Source of the DNA: a virus
Taxonomy: Duplodnaviria; Caudoviricetes
Virus record (IMG/VR): IMGVR_UViG_3300020045_012446
Span: 1-45,383 of that record
Length of the DNA stretch: 45,383 bases
Direction: 5' to 3' (one strand)
Positions 16,696 through 25,867 of this stretch are shown piece by piece. Positions within the stretch are counted from its first letter, which is position 1, and every line of letters starts with the position of its first letter. The notes beneath the pieces are model-generated. The model ran no database searches. It was not told the origin of the DNA and worked only from the letters and a program-made list of their open reading frames with translations. The position numbers were made by a program, and so were the translations under genes.

Positions 16696-18918
16696 TTAAA
16701 AAATTATTTCGCATGCTCCCCCAGAGCACGCAACCGCACCCATTGTATCTATATCAGCATAACTTGGTTTCTTCAATATAGATGGATAATCAATCAATTT
16801 AAAATTTCTAGATATTACACTCCATTTATGCCATAAATGAACATCTTTTAAACAATAAATCGTTTTATTTAGGTCTCCCTTGAAATAATTTTTAGAAAAT
16901 TGTTTAGTTCTTCTTATCCAATCTTTTTTTAACAATACTTGTTCTCTAGTACCCGTTATTGGCTGCAATGGATCAGAAACAGATCCAGTTGCTGTCCATA
17001 AATCATTATTAAAGTAATGAAGCCCATCTACTATAAGTCCTGAAGCAAATAATACTCCATTTCCATATTTTTGGATTAATTCCTCTGTATTTAGAACTGA
17101 AGTAAAAGGGGATTGAGGGTAATCTTTGTCCCCAAATAATGAAAGAAAGGATACGGCAGAAAAATTATCTTGCTTCTCAAATATATAGTCCACTACTTCT
17201 TCTTTATTATCAATAATAACAGTATTACTCACATTATGGTTGGCCGTTTTTATATAACAAGCTTCTTCTCTTTTACCTTCGGTTACCCAATATTTTTGAA
17301 CCAATTCGATAAGTTTAAGATGTTTTACTCCCTGCACCTCATCTTTATACATAGTAACTTCATTGTTTTCACAAGGAGAATAAACAACGTAATCAGTTTT
17401 AGTACTACTCCATACTGATTCTTCCAATATTTCGGGACATGTTTCTTCTAAATATTTAGCGGTATCACTATCTTTATTCAATTGCATTATTCTAAAATAT
17501 CTTTTAGAATGTTCTGGATGAATTCCGGATGGAGTTTTTAATATCACAGAAGCATTTCCTGAAGGTTTAACTGTTGTACTTCTTGCGGCAACATTTATCC
17601 CTATTGCTTTAGCTACTTCCTCATTTGTTTCTTTCACAATATGAGCTCCTCTGGTTAATATTTCTTCATCAAATAGTTCTGGTCTAGCCATCCATCCTGT
17701 TATTGAAACTCCTAATAATGCTTCCCCAGCAACTATTTCTTCCGTTTCTTTTCCTAAATAAGGGAATGAAGTATATCCGGCTTGCATAGTACCAACAATA
17801 GATGATTTTCTACATAATTCGTAAAATTTCTCTTTACTAAATTTTCCTTTTTTATCACAACAAGCAGATGCACTTATTTCATTCAAATTACAAAATTGAA
17901 AAACCGCCCTCATTTTGTCTTTGATTTGTTCATAAAAATTGAATTGAATTTCAAAACAAGGATTAAACATATCATCTTCATGAGACATAAAAACAAATCC
18001 CAAATCATTATCTCCTTCATTTAATGCTACTAAATCCTCAAATTGTTGCTTTGTAAATTTATTTCGCATTAATCCAACAGAGTTATTACTTCTAGCTCTC
18101 CAAGGATATCTACTTCTCCAATCTCCAACCTTAGCATTAATCATATCTTCATCATCCTCATCAATAACAACATTCATTGCTGATCTTCTAACACCCCCAC
18201 TAAGTACAGCATCGGATAAATGCATGAATATATCGTATGCTATTATGGACTTAAATGGTGTTGATTCTGCTGAACCTATGCTTTGGTTTAAAAGGTCTTC
18301 TATTCTTTCTAAAGATTGTTTTAATCCATCGGGCCCGGGTGCTCTAAATCCTCCAGATATTAATGCTCCTTTTGGCCTAATTAATGAATAATCTAATTTT
18401 ATTACATATCCATAGTATTCTTCATATAGAGACTCATGTTTACAAAATGAACTAATTAATACTTTACATGCTTCTCCCCACCCTTCTGTTGAATCTGGAA
18501 TTTGGAATTCTTTTACTCCATTTTTTCTCTTATCGATTGAGGGAAGTTGTGATATGAATTTTTTCTTCAAGGAAACTCCCAGTCCAGTACCGGCTAACAA
18601 AACAAATAACCCTTTATTAAAAACATCTGGTGAATATGCATATGTTACGCAACAATTATATAACCTCGCATGGTTTTTTAATATAAGATTTTCCCTAAAT
18701 TGGAGATTTCTTTGCGAAGATAAAAACTCTTTATTATAATATGAGTCTATTACCTCATTTATATAAGGAGTTACCACTTCACCATATTTTAAATAATGAG
18801 TATTCAACACTTTTTTACACGCTTCATTCCACGTTTCATATCTACCTAAATTATCATCCCACTTTAGATAATCAGTATATAGTTTTAATTGTGATACGAA
18901 TTCTTTACCTTTTGACAT
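16696..18918 (-). CDS. nrdJ: Class II (B12-dependent) ribonucleotide reductase
   Basis: NCC, GGVRRSA, NPCFEI, CNL, TTVKPSG and C-terminal CSGGAC. No small subunit nearby. Confidence 0.85.
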   Translation of the reverse strand: MSKGKEFVSQLKLYTDYLKWDDNLGRYETWNEACKKVLNTHYLKYGEVVTPYINEVIDSYYNKEFLSSQRNLQFRENLILKNHARLYNCCVTYAYSPDVFNKGLFVLLAGTGLGVSLKKKFISQLPSIDKRKNGVKEFQIPDSTEGWGEACKVLISSFCKHESLYEEYYGYVIKLDYSLIRPKGALISGGFRAPGPDGLKQSLERIEDLLNQSIGSAESTPFKSIIAYDIFMHLSDAVLSGGVRRSAMNVVIDEDDEDMINAKVGDWRSRYPWRARSNNSVGLMRNKFTKQQFEDLVALNEGDNDLGFVFMSHEDDMFNPCFEIQFNFYEQIKDKMRAVFQFCNLNEISASACCDKKGKFSKEKFYELCRKSSIVGTMQAGYTSFPYLGKETEEIVAGEALLGVSITGWMARPELFDEEILTRGAHIVKETNEEVAKAIGINVAARSTTVKPSGNASVILKTPSGIHPEHSKRYFRIMQLNKDSDTAKYLEETCPEILEESVWSSTKTDYVVYSPCENNEVTMYKDEVQGVKHLKLIELVQKYWVTEGKREEACYIKTANHNVSNTVIIDNKEEVVDYIFEKQDNFSAVSFLSLFGDKDYPQSPFTSVLNTEELIQKYGNGVLFASGLIVDGLHYFNNDLWTATGSVSDPLQPITGTREQVLLKKDWIRRTKQFSKNYFKGDLNKTIYCLKDVHLWHKWSVISRNFKLIDYPSILKKPSYADIDTMGAVACSGGACEIIF

Positions 18919-18989
18919 TAATTTATTGTTTTAATTTTAATAATTTCTTCATCATAAACCTCTATTTCATTAATTTTGTTTTGTTCCAT
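18918..18989 (-). CDS. 23-aa ORF coupled to nrdJ (MEQNKINEIEVYDEEIIKIKTIN)
   Basis: TAATG overlap with nrdJ; ATATTTAT motif about 23 nt upstream. Confidence 0.4.
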   Translation of the reverse strand: MEQNKINEIEVYDEEIIKIKTIN

Positions 18990-19018
18990 ATCTTTTATTT
19001 AAGTTGTAGAGATAAATA

Positions 19019-20386
19019 TTACTCTATTTTAAAAGATTGAAATCTAGATAATAATACTTCTTTTTCTTCTTGTTGGATATCTCTAGGGTTTGTTGATTTA
19101 GGTTTGGGTTTATATTCCTCTGTATCGTCATATTCTTCACCAAAAATAAATTCTCCATAAGATGTATCAATTTCAACATTATAAGTCATTCCATCAGGAC
19201 CATATCTGTTTTTTTGTATGTGAGCTCTACCAGTACCATTTACTTTATCTTTTTTAAGTCTTGATAAAGACATACCAAAATCAACAATTGCTTGTTTTTC
19301 ATATGAACCAGCAGATTTATCTCCCTCTACTACATCATCTTTAGCCCCAGCTCTATTCACCTGTGATACAGACCAAATAGGAAGATTTAATTCCTTTCCT
19401 AGACCTTTAGTACCATAGTAAATATCATCTAATTCTTCTTTCTTATCTTTACGTCTTGAAGGAGGTTTTAATAAATCTACATAATCAATGATAACTAAAT
19501 CGGCAGCAAATCCCAAATCTTTGGATTTTTGAATGTGTGATTTTAATGTAGATAATGATGCTCCTTTGGGAGGATATTCTTTAATAATTAAATTATTCGC
19601 ATAATCTTTAATAGTACTTAAAATATATTCTTTATGATTATGCACTTCACTCACTGAAATTTTAGTGAAGCATGCATCATATCTTTTTCCAACATAATCT
19701 TCCCCTAATTCTAAAGTATAATGTATTACTTTATATCCTAAAGTCATTGCTATTACCCCAATAGCTACTAAAGCCCAAGACTTACCACCCCCCGGCCCTC
19801 CGTATATTAATCCAAAATCACCACCACCTAGACCTCCTTGTAATAATTTATTTATTTTATCCCAAGGAGTAGGAACAGCATTTCTACTACTTTCTAAATA
19901 TCTTTTTTCAAAATCACGAACATATTCATGCCCCATGTCTTTATCTTGTCCTGCTTTTAATGCATTATCAATTACTACACGGATCTCATCATAATCCCCG
20001 ATATTTAATAAATCTACAGAATCTAATAAAGCCTTTTTTAATTTCTGATTTACACAAAAATCACTAAATTCTTGTTCGATCCACCCTTTATCTTCATTTA
20101 TTAAAGTGAAAACTAATTTTAATTGCTCTTTAATAGCAACTTGGAGGACTTCATTCTCTAATTTTTTAACTTCAATTTTAAAATACTCAAGATCGGGAGT
20201 AATATGGAATTGATCAAAATATTTTAATGTTTCTTCAACAATCCATCTATTTCCTTGATGTTCAAAATAATCTAATTCTATTGTATCTCTTACCCCAAGC
20301 AAAAATGCTCTATCTTTAAGTAATGAGTTAATTACCTTAAGTTGGAAGCCGTGTCCGTAATCACTTAATGACTTTAATGCACTCAT
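19019..20386 (-). CDS. DnaB/gp41-like replicative helicase
   Basis: GGPGGGKS, YTLE, IIDYVD, SQVNR and KNRYG motifs. Confidence 0.92.
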   Translation of the reverse strand: MSALKSLSDYGHGFQLKVINSLLKDRAFLLGVRDTIELDYFEHQGNRWIVEETLKYFDQFHITPDLEYFKIEVKKLENEVLQVAIKEQLKLVFTLINEDKGWIEQEFSDFCVNQKLKKALLDSVDLLNIGDYDEIRVVIDNALKAGQDKDMGHEYVRDFEKRYLESSRNAVPTPWDKINKLLQGGLGGGDFGLIYGGPGGGKSWALVAIGVIAMTLGYKVIHYTLELGEDYVGKRYDACFTKISVSEVHNHKEYILSTIKDYANNLIIKEYPPKGASLSTLKSHIQKSKDLGFAADLVIIDYVDLLKPPSRRKDKKEELDDIYYGTKGLGKELNLPIWSVSQVNRAGAKDDVVEGDKSAGSYEKQAIVDFGMSLSRLKKDKVNGTGRAHIQKNRYGPDGMTYNVEIDTSYGEFIFGEEYDDTEEYKPKPKSTNPRDIQQEEKEVLLSRFQSFKIE

Positions 20387-20397
20387 AACTTGTTATT

Positions 20398-21417
20398 TTA
20401 TTTATATTTATTTAATCCTTCAAAATTGTTTGTTAACCACATGTTTAATCCTTTTATTGAATCTTCCAATTTATCCTCATTATAATAATTCAAAAATTTT
20501 GTTTTATTAAAATTATAAGGTTTAGCGTTAACTAATTCATCTAATCTAACTTTTTCTTGTTCTGGTATATTTGGTTCCTTCAAATCCATCAGTTGTTCAT
20601 TAATTTTTAACTGATGTCTAAAATTGTAAACATTTCCATATAATGGATTATTATCTGATTCAATGTAGCTTTTATTTATAATATCTTGTAGTAGAACTAC
20701 TTTATGTTGAGTTAATTCAGGGAACAATTTATATATTTTTCCTTCACCAATTTTAGGCACTTTAGGCACATTATCAGAAACATCCCCCAATATAACCTTT
20801 TTGTTTAAGAAATTTTGAGGCCATACTTTAAATTCACGGTAAACAGCTTCAGGTGTATAGTATTTTTTCTTTATAGGTGAATATACGGTGATTTTTTCAC
20901 TTACCAACTGTAGGAAATCTTGATCTGCAGATACTATTATAGATTTATCAAATTTAGGCGCAAGATAAGCGATTACATCGTCTGCCTCAAGTTTATCAAT
21001 AATAGATATGCTTACCGGGAGACATTTCAGATAATCAATTAATCTTAGCATTTGGTCTTTCATAGATTCAGATTCTTGTTCTAAATTATCAAATCCTGTC
21101 CAATTAGTTATGCGTTTAATCTTTCTAGTTCCTTTATAATCAGAATATATATTTTTCTTATTAGTAATATTTCCCTCACCATCAAAAATCAATATAACTC
21201 TTGTTGGTTGTAAAGTGTTTATCATTGAACCTAATGAACGCAAATATCCCGTTAATCCTCCGGTATGATGTCCCTGAGTATTAAATTTGTTGATTACAGA
21301 GAATGAACGTATAAACATATTCATACTATCAATCAAAATAACCCTGTCGTTTAGTGACAGGGTTTCTTCTTTGCTATTCTCCTGTAAGGAGTCTAGCATA
21401 TCTTTATATTTAGACAT
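20398..21417 (-). CDS. 5'-3' exonuclease / RNase H (FEN family)
   Basis: LID, FDG, YKGTR, EADD, SADQD and GDVSDN motifs. Confidence 0.92.
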   Translation of the reverse strand: MSKYKDMLDSLQENSKEETLSLNDRVILIDSMNMFIRSFSVINKFNTQGHHTGGLTGYLRSLGSMINTLQPTRVILIFDGEGNITNKKNIYSDYKGTRKIKRITNWTGFDNLEQESESMKDQMLRLIDYLKCLPVSISIIDKLEADDVIAYLAPKFDKSIIVSADQDFLQLVSEKITVYSPIKKKYYTPEAVYREFKVWPQNFLNKKVILGDVSDNVPKVPKIGEGKIYKLFPELTQHKVVLLQDIINKSYIESDNNPLYGNVYNFRHQLKINEQLMDLKEPNIPEQEKVRLDELVNAKPYNFNKTKFLNYYNEDKLEDSIKGLNMWLTNNFEGLNKYK

Positions 21418-22471
21418 CTATAAAATCAATTTCATTATCCTGAACTGTTTCTTCGGTAAATTCAAAATCTTCTGATCCTAGAACCAATCCCCATTCCTTC
21501 TTGTGCTCCTTTTTATAAGCATCTTGAGATGATGGAGTATCTTTTATAAACCCATGTGCTGTACTTATGATAGTTCCTTTACCTACATTCCCTGTAACAT
21601 GATTTTTATCTACTTGAACTTTGGTTTTTAGTCCCCACTCAATAACTCTTTTATCTTTTGTTACGTTTAATTTTTGGGTACCATCACTTGTTATATTACC
21701 AAAGGTAATAGCCATAGAACAGTCATAATACATAGAATCCCCATTTTTATTTTTCATTTTGGGCTGAGCCATAGGCATTAAAGCAGGTTCAATCCAAATT
21801 TTATTTACATAAATAGCGGTATTTGTATATGGTTGTGATTCTTTCCTTGACAAAACGATTTGTTGGTTAACAAAATTTGCGAATTGTTGGGATAGTGCGG
21901 CAGCATTCCACATAGGACTATTAGAACTTTTTTCAATACTCATTCTACAAGGAATAGAACCTATCGAATCCCATAAAAATAACAAATCGTATGGAAGGTT
22001 TCCTTTCTTCTGTTCATTCAGCATATCCATAATAAATTCAGCAACATCTTCTATACATTTAAGGCGTTCCGAATCTACATATATAAAGAAACCATCATAA
22101 GATACATTCAAGTCTTTATCCACCACTTTACCTAAATTAAAGCCCATTGTTTCCCAATGTTCCCAACTATGTTTCATTTCCGTAATAATAATCACAGGCA
22201 ATATTCCATCTTTTTGGGCTTGAATGGCTTGTTCAATGAGTAATGTAGTTTTTCCTGTATTACTTCTCCCACGTATAAGAGTTGTATGACCTTTTGGAGT
22301 TCCAGGGACTTGAAGTACCTCTTGCATAGCATCGGTAAATTTTATCCATTCTTGGGGTTTGTAATATGAATTAGATGAACCTAGATTTTTTCCATTTTTG
22401 AACTTATCTAATGAAAATGTTGAATTAATCTTTTTATTTATCTCTCCGGAGAGACTTTTTTCTTTAGCCAT
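21410..22471 (-). CDS. UvsX/RecA-like recombinase
   Basis: GRSNTGKT Walker A, ITE, WDSIGS. Confidence 0.85.
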   Translation of the reverse strand: MAKEKSLSGEINKKINSTFSLDKFKNGKNLGSSNSYYKPQEWIKFTDAMQEVLQVPGTPKGHTTLIRGRSNTGKTTLLIEQAIQAQKDGILPVIIITEMKHSWEHWETMGFNLGKVVDKDLNVSYDGFFIYVDSERLKCIEDVAEFIMDMLNEQKKGNLPYDLLFLWDSIGSIPCRMSIEKSSNSPMWNAAALSQQFANFVNQQIVLSRKESQPYTNTAIYVNKIWIEPALMPMAQPKMKNKNGDSMYYDCSMAITFGNITSDGTQKLNVTKDKRVIEWGLKTKVQVDKNHVTGNVGKGTIISTAHGFIKDTPSSQDAYKKEHKKEWGLVLGSEDFEFTEETVQDNEIDFIDV

Positions 22472-22485
22472 ATTTTAGTTTTAAA

Positions 22486-22503
22486 ACCCCTCCGAAGAGG
22501 GGT
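22486..22503 (-). terminator. Intrinsic terminator with cUUCGg tetraloop
   Basis: ACCCCTC-TTCG-GAGGGGT-TTT on the minus strand. Confidence 0.8.
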
Positions 22504-22510
22504 GATTAAT

Positions 22511-23443
22511 TTAATCTTGATAACTCCATTTAAAATTACCAGCAGTTTTATATTTTCCTCTACAACATTGAGATATTGCAGTTTTTTGTATTTGGAGACT
22601 ATTTCCAGCATCTTTAATACTGTTCCATAATTTTATAAAATTTTTCTCCATATCCATTTGTATAACTTTTATATTTGATCTATGAGATGGAAATACATAA
22701 TTTTCATTAATTGGATCGTTCTCATACCTCCACATAAAATTACCAGCAGTGTATTTTTTACCTCTACAACAAGCACTTATTCCGGTTTCTTGAATTCCTA
22801 ATTCCATACTAGCTTCTTTAATACTATTCCACACTCCCAATTCATTATTATTTAAATCATATTGGATTATTTTTATACATCCTTTATGAGAAGAAATATT
22901 GAAATTAGTATTTATTGGGTATTCTTTATACCTCCACATAAAATTACCAGCTGTTTTTTGTTTACCTCTCAATGTAGATGAAACTCCCCATATTTTAGTC
23001 TCTTGTACTGCTTCTTTTATACTGCAATATTCTTTAACAAAATTGTTTTTTAAATCATATTGCAAAACAGACTTAGATAATTTTTTAGATACTATATTTT
23101 TGTTGGTTTCAGATTTAGTTTTTCCTTGATTAGATTTACCTATTTTTAATTTATGTTCATCAGTGCAAAAATTTACTCCACTTCCTCCCTTATTTTTATT
23201 TTGAATTTCAAAACCCAAAAACCTAAAATATTCTATCCAAAAACACTCTAAAGGAATCCACTCATATCTATTTACAGAATTAATCTCGTCTATATAACTA
23301 TATATAATCTTATTTCCAAAAGTCTTTTTATGACTTTTTTTTCTAGAACTAATAGTTTTACCTATATAAACTTTATTTGGATCATCATAACAGTTAGTAA
23401 CTAGATAGATTTTTGTAATTTTGGGCGGGGAAGTAATATTCAT
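22511..23443 (-). CDS. Free-standing GIY-YIG-like homing endonuclease with three NUMOD1 repeats
   Basis: KIYLV...VYIGKT; three copies of Q[YM]D..SIK[ED]A..RGK..TAGNF.W.Y. Confidence 0.8.
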   Translation of the reverse strand: MNITSPPKITKIYLVTNCYDDPNKVYIGKTISSRKKSHKKTFGNKIIYSYIDEINSVNRYEWIPLECFWIEYFRFLGFEIQNKNKGGSGVNFCTDEHKLKIGKSNQGKTKSETNKNIVSKKLSKSVLQYDLKNNFVKEYCSIKEAVQETKIWGVSSTLRGKQKTAGNFMWRYKEYPINTNFNISSHKGCIKIIQYDLNNNELGVWNSIKEASMELGIQETGISACCRGKKYTAGNFMWRYENDPINENYVFPSHRSNIKVIQMDMEKNFIKLWNSIKDAGNSLQIQKTAISQCCRGKYKTAGNFKWSYQD

Positions 23444-23490
23444 AATAATATAATTTATGTATAAATATTACAACTCTACCCAATAATTAA

Positions 23491-24285
23491 CTAGTCTTCC
23501 TTAAAAAGATCATCAAATTCACTAGTACTCAAAACTTCTGTTTTAACTTTAGCAGGTTCTTTCTTTTCAGATTCGAATGATGGGGGAAATGCTTGACTTT
23601 TTTCAGTTGTAGTTGTTTCTTCTTCAGGATTTAACCATTCCTCAAGGAATCCTTTAATTTCATCAAAAGTGTATCTTTTATAAAAAGAAGATGGATCAAC
23701 TTGTTCTCCTAACAATATTTCTAATTGTTTTGGATCTTTACTTAATGGTGATGCTTTCATTGAAGGACGTAATGTAGATTCTGTATAAACAGGACCTTGT
23801 ACTACTTCAAGTTTAATATCTCTACCTTCTAAAACATCAGTAAAATCACCTACTTCTTCATCAGCAGCTAAAGCCATAAGTTCTGTATAAACTTGTTTTC
23901 CAAATTCATAAAATCTTACACCTTTTTCTTCTTCACCTCTAACCACAACAGGAGCAAATACTCTCATTTTAGGTTCAAGTTTTTTAGCTAATTTCCAATC
24001 TTCTGGTTCTTTTGATTTTTTTAAATTCTTCGCGAATTCAACAATTGGATCTTTTTCTCCAAAATTAATTGGTGAAATAATAGTTCTTTTTCCAAACCCA
24101 TAATGGAAATACAATTCGATAAATGGATTATCAGGGTTAGCTTGGAGAGGTACAAAGCGAATCAAATGTTTCCCTACACCTAGCTTAACAAAATGCTTCA
24201 ACTTTTCTTCGTTGTTTTTGTTATTTTTGCCTTTTTGAGGATTTTGAATTTGATCCAATTTTGCTTGAATGCTCTTAATGTCCAT
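23491..24285 (-). CDS. ssDNA-binding protein (gp32-like)
   Basis: IRFVP, FGKQVY, DVLEGRD and acidic tail FDDLFKED. Confidence 0.8.
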   Translation of the reverse strand: MDIKSIQAKLDQIQNPQKGKNNKNNEEKLKHFVKLGVGKHLIRFVPLQANPDNPFIELYFHYGFGKRTIISPINFGEKDPIVEFAKNLKKSKEPEDWKLAKKLEPKMRVFAPVVVRGEEEKGVRFYEFGKQVYTELMALAADEEVGDFTDVLEGRDIKLEVVQGPVYTESTLRPSMKASPLSKDPKQLEILLGEQVDPSSFYKRYTFDEIKGFLEEWLNPEEETTTTEKSQAFPPSFESEKKEPAKVKTEVLSTSEFDDLFKED

Positions 24286-24318
24286 ATTTAAAATTTATTG
24301 GTTACTTATTTATGTTAT

Positions 24319-24347
24319 ACTATACGAAGGAATTTTAGGTAATCCAA
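24319..24347 (-). promoter_or_regulatory. Promoter motif TTGG-N15-TTCGTATAGT upstream of the SSB gene
   Basis: Copy of the recurrent motif. Confidence 0.65.
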
Positions 24348-24365
24348 GTATCTTATATAAGGTTT

Positions 24366-24390
24366 AAAAAGAGGATAATAAGATATCCTC
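24366..24390 (-). terminator. Intrinsic terminator
   Basis: GAGGATA...TATCCTC-TTTTT on the minus strand. Confidence 0.6.
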
Positions 24391-24412
24391 ACTTAATCAC
24401 ACGATATTTAGG

Positions 24413-24856
24413 TTATAACCCTTCTATAACCATTGTATATCTAGGATAATCATATCCTTCATTATTTACAAATATAATAATATCTTTACCGGAAGGGGTG
24501 GATTTCCTTAATAAAGAATATTGATCTCTCCTATTTAAATATATATCTTGAATATTATGAGATTCTCTATTATTAATATCTATTATAGGTAATTCTTTTA
24601 ATGCTTGTCTTATTTTGGAGGGGGATAATAACGGATAGTTTTTATCTAAATCTTCAATTTCATATCCCATATCTTCTAAATATTGAGGACTTAATTTATT
24701 TAAATCAAAAATTTCTATATCATTAATATCGTTATGTTTAGAACCACCAGTAAGATTACCATAAATAGTTTCCTTATCTTCTTCAGATAATACGGGATTA
24801 TTTACTTTTACTTCATTTAATCCAGCAAGATATTGTAATCTTTTTATTTCCTCCAT
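24413..24856 (-). CDS. Hypothetical protein with shared leader MEEIKRLQYLAGLNEVKVNNP (start revised to 24856)
   Basis: TAATG coupling with the upstream gene; leader shared with 30920-31234. Confidence 0.7.
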   Translation of the reverse strand: MEEIKRLQYLAGLNEVKVNNPVLSEEDKETIYGNLTGGSKHNDINDIEIFDLNKLSPQYLEDMGYEIEDLDKNYPLLSPSKIRQALKELPIIDINNRESHNIQDIYLNRRDQYSLLRKSTPSGKDIIIFVNNEGYDYPRYTMVIEGL

Positions 24857-25098
24857 TATAGTATAATTATTAAATACCACAAACACATACATACAGCATT
24901 ATCTAATACTTTATATTTTTGGTATTGTTCTTCTAAGTGTTTTTTAATTTCTTCTGTTAATAAACTTCCACCACTTTCATTTAATAAATGAATATCAACT
25001 TCACTAGTTTCATTATATATTTTTATAGTAAGATAAATACATAAAATTATATATAAAGGAATCATAGGAATTTTAAATATTTTATATAAGAAATTCAT
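24856..25098 (-). CDS. Small membrane protein
   Basis: Two hydrophobic segments; TAATG coupling. Confidence 0.55.
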   Translation of the reverse strand: MNFLYKIFKIPMIPLYIILCIYLTIKIYNETSEVDIHLLNESGGSLLTEEIKKHLEEQYQKYKVLDNAVCMCLWYLIIIL

Positions 25099-25556
25099 TA
25101 CAATGTAATTATTTTATATATTTTTGTGGACATTTTTTTCAATACACCGTCATTAACTAATAATATAGAATTTTTATAATCTTCCCAATTAATTACATAT
25201 TGATTATCTACTTTCCCCCCATTAACTTCTTTTATTAGTGCGTTTAATGAATTTATACTATAAAGTACGTTAAATTCTTTTTTTCTATGTAATAAAATTG
25301 TATTAGGTAGTACTTTGTCTGAAATATTGAATTGGTCTACGTTGTACGTGGTGATGAGTTCATCTTTTCCTTCTACTTCTAAAACAAATATTTTATTAAA
25401 TAAAACAGAATATCGTTTATTAACTTCTTGAATTGTTTCATCTAAATTTTCAGGTAGTACGAAAGTTGTAAATAACTTTGATGTAGGATTTTGGATTTGC
25501 GGCATAATATTGAAATTTTCATCAATAAATATATCATCTTGGTGTGTCTGTTGCAT
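25098..25556 (-). CDS. Conserved phage hypothetical protein
   Basis: KLFTTF..KIFVL..TYN..NTILLHRKK..LYSINSLN pattern. Confidence 0.7.
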   Translation of the reverse strand: MQQTHQDDIFIDENFNIMPQIQNPTSKLFTTFVLPENLDETIQEVNKRYSVLFNKIFVLEVEGKDELITTYNVDQFNISDKVLPNTILLHRKKEFNVLYSINSLNALIKEVNGGKVDNQYVINWEDYKNSILLVNDGVLKKMSTKIYKIITL

Positions 25557-25594
25557 AATCTTTATTTAGGGTTATTAATTCTATTATTTTTATT

Positions 25595-25867
25595 TTATTT
25601 GATAAAAAACCATTTTCCTCCTTGAGACAAAGGCCTTTTTAATTCTTCAAAATCTTCTATTTCAACTTTGGCCCAAACTCTATTCTTCATAGATAAATGA
25701 GGAGCATGAGGAGTTAAAACAGAGTGCCAATAAGGACGAACTTTAAATCCTTTAGTTGGATGAGATTCAGCACTCAACCATTCATTTAACGGTAAAGGCT
25801 TTTTATTAATAAATAAAGATGTTATATCTCCATTATTTAATATTCTAAATAGTTTATATACTATCAA
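25595..25867 (-). CDS. Hypothetical protein, possibly frameshifted near the C-terminus
   Basis: HPTKGF..RP.WH..APHL..QGG.W pattern; T6 run before the stop. Confidence 0.55.
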   Translation of the reverse strand: MIVYKLFRILNNGDITSLFINKKPLPLNEWLSAESHPTKGFKVRPYWHSVLTPHAPHLSMKNRVWAKVEIEDFEELKRPLSQGGKWFFIK

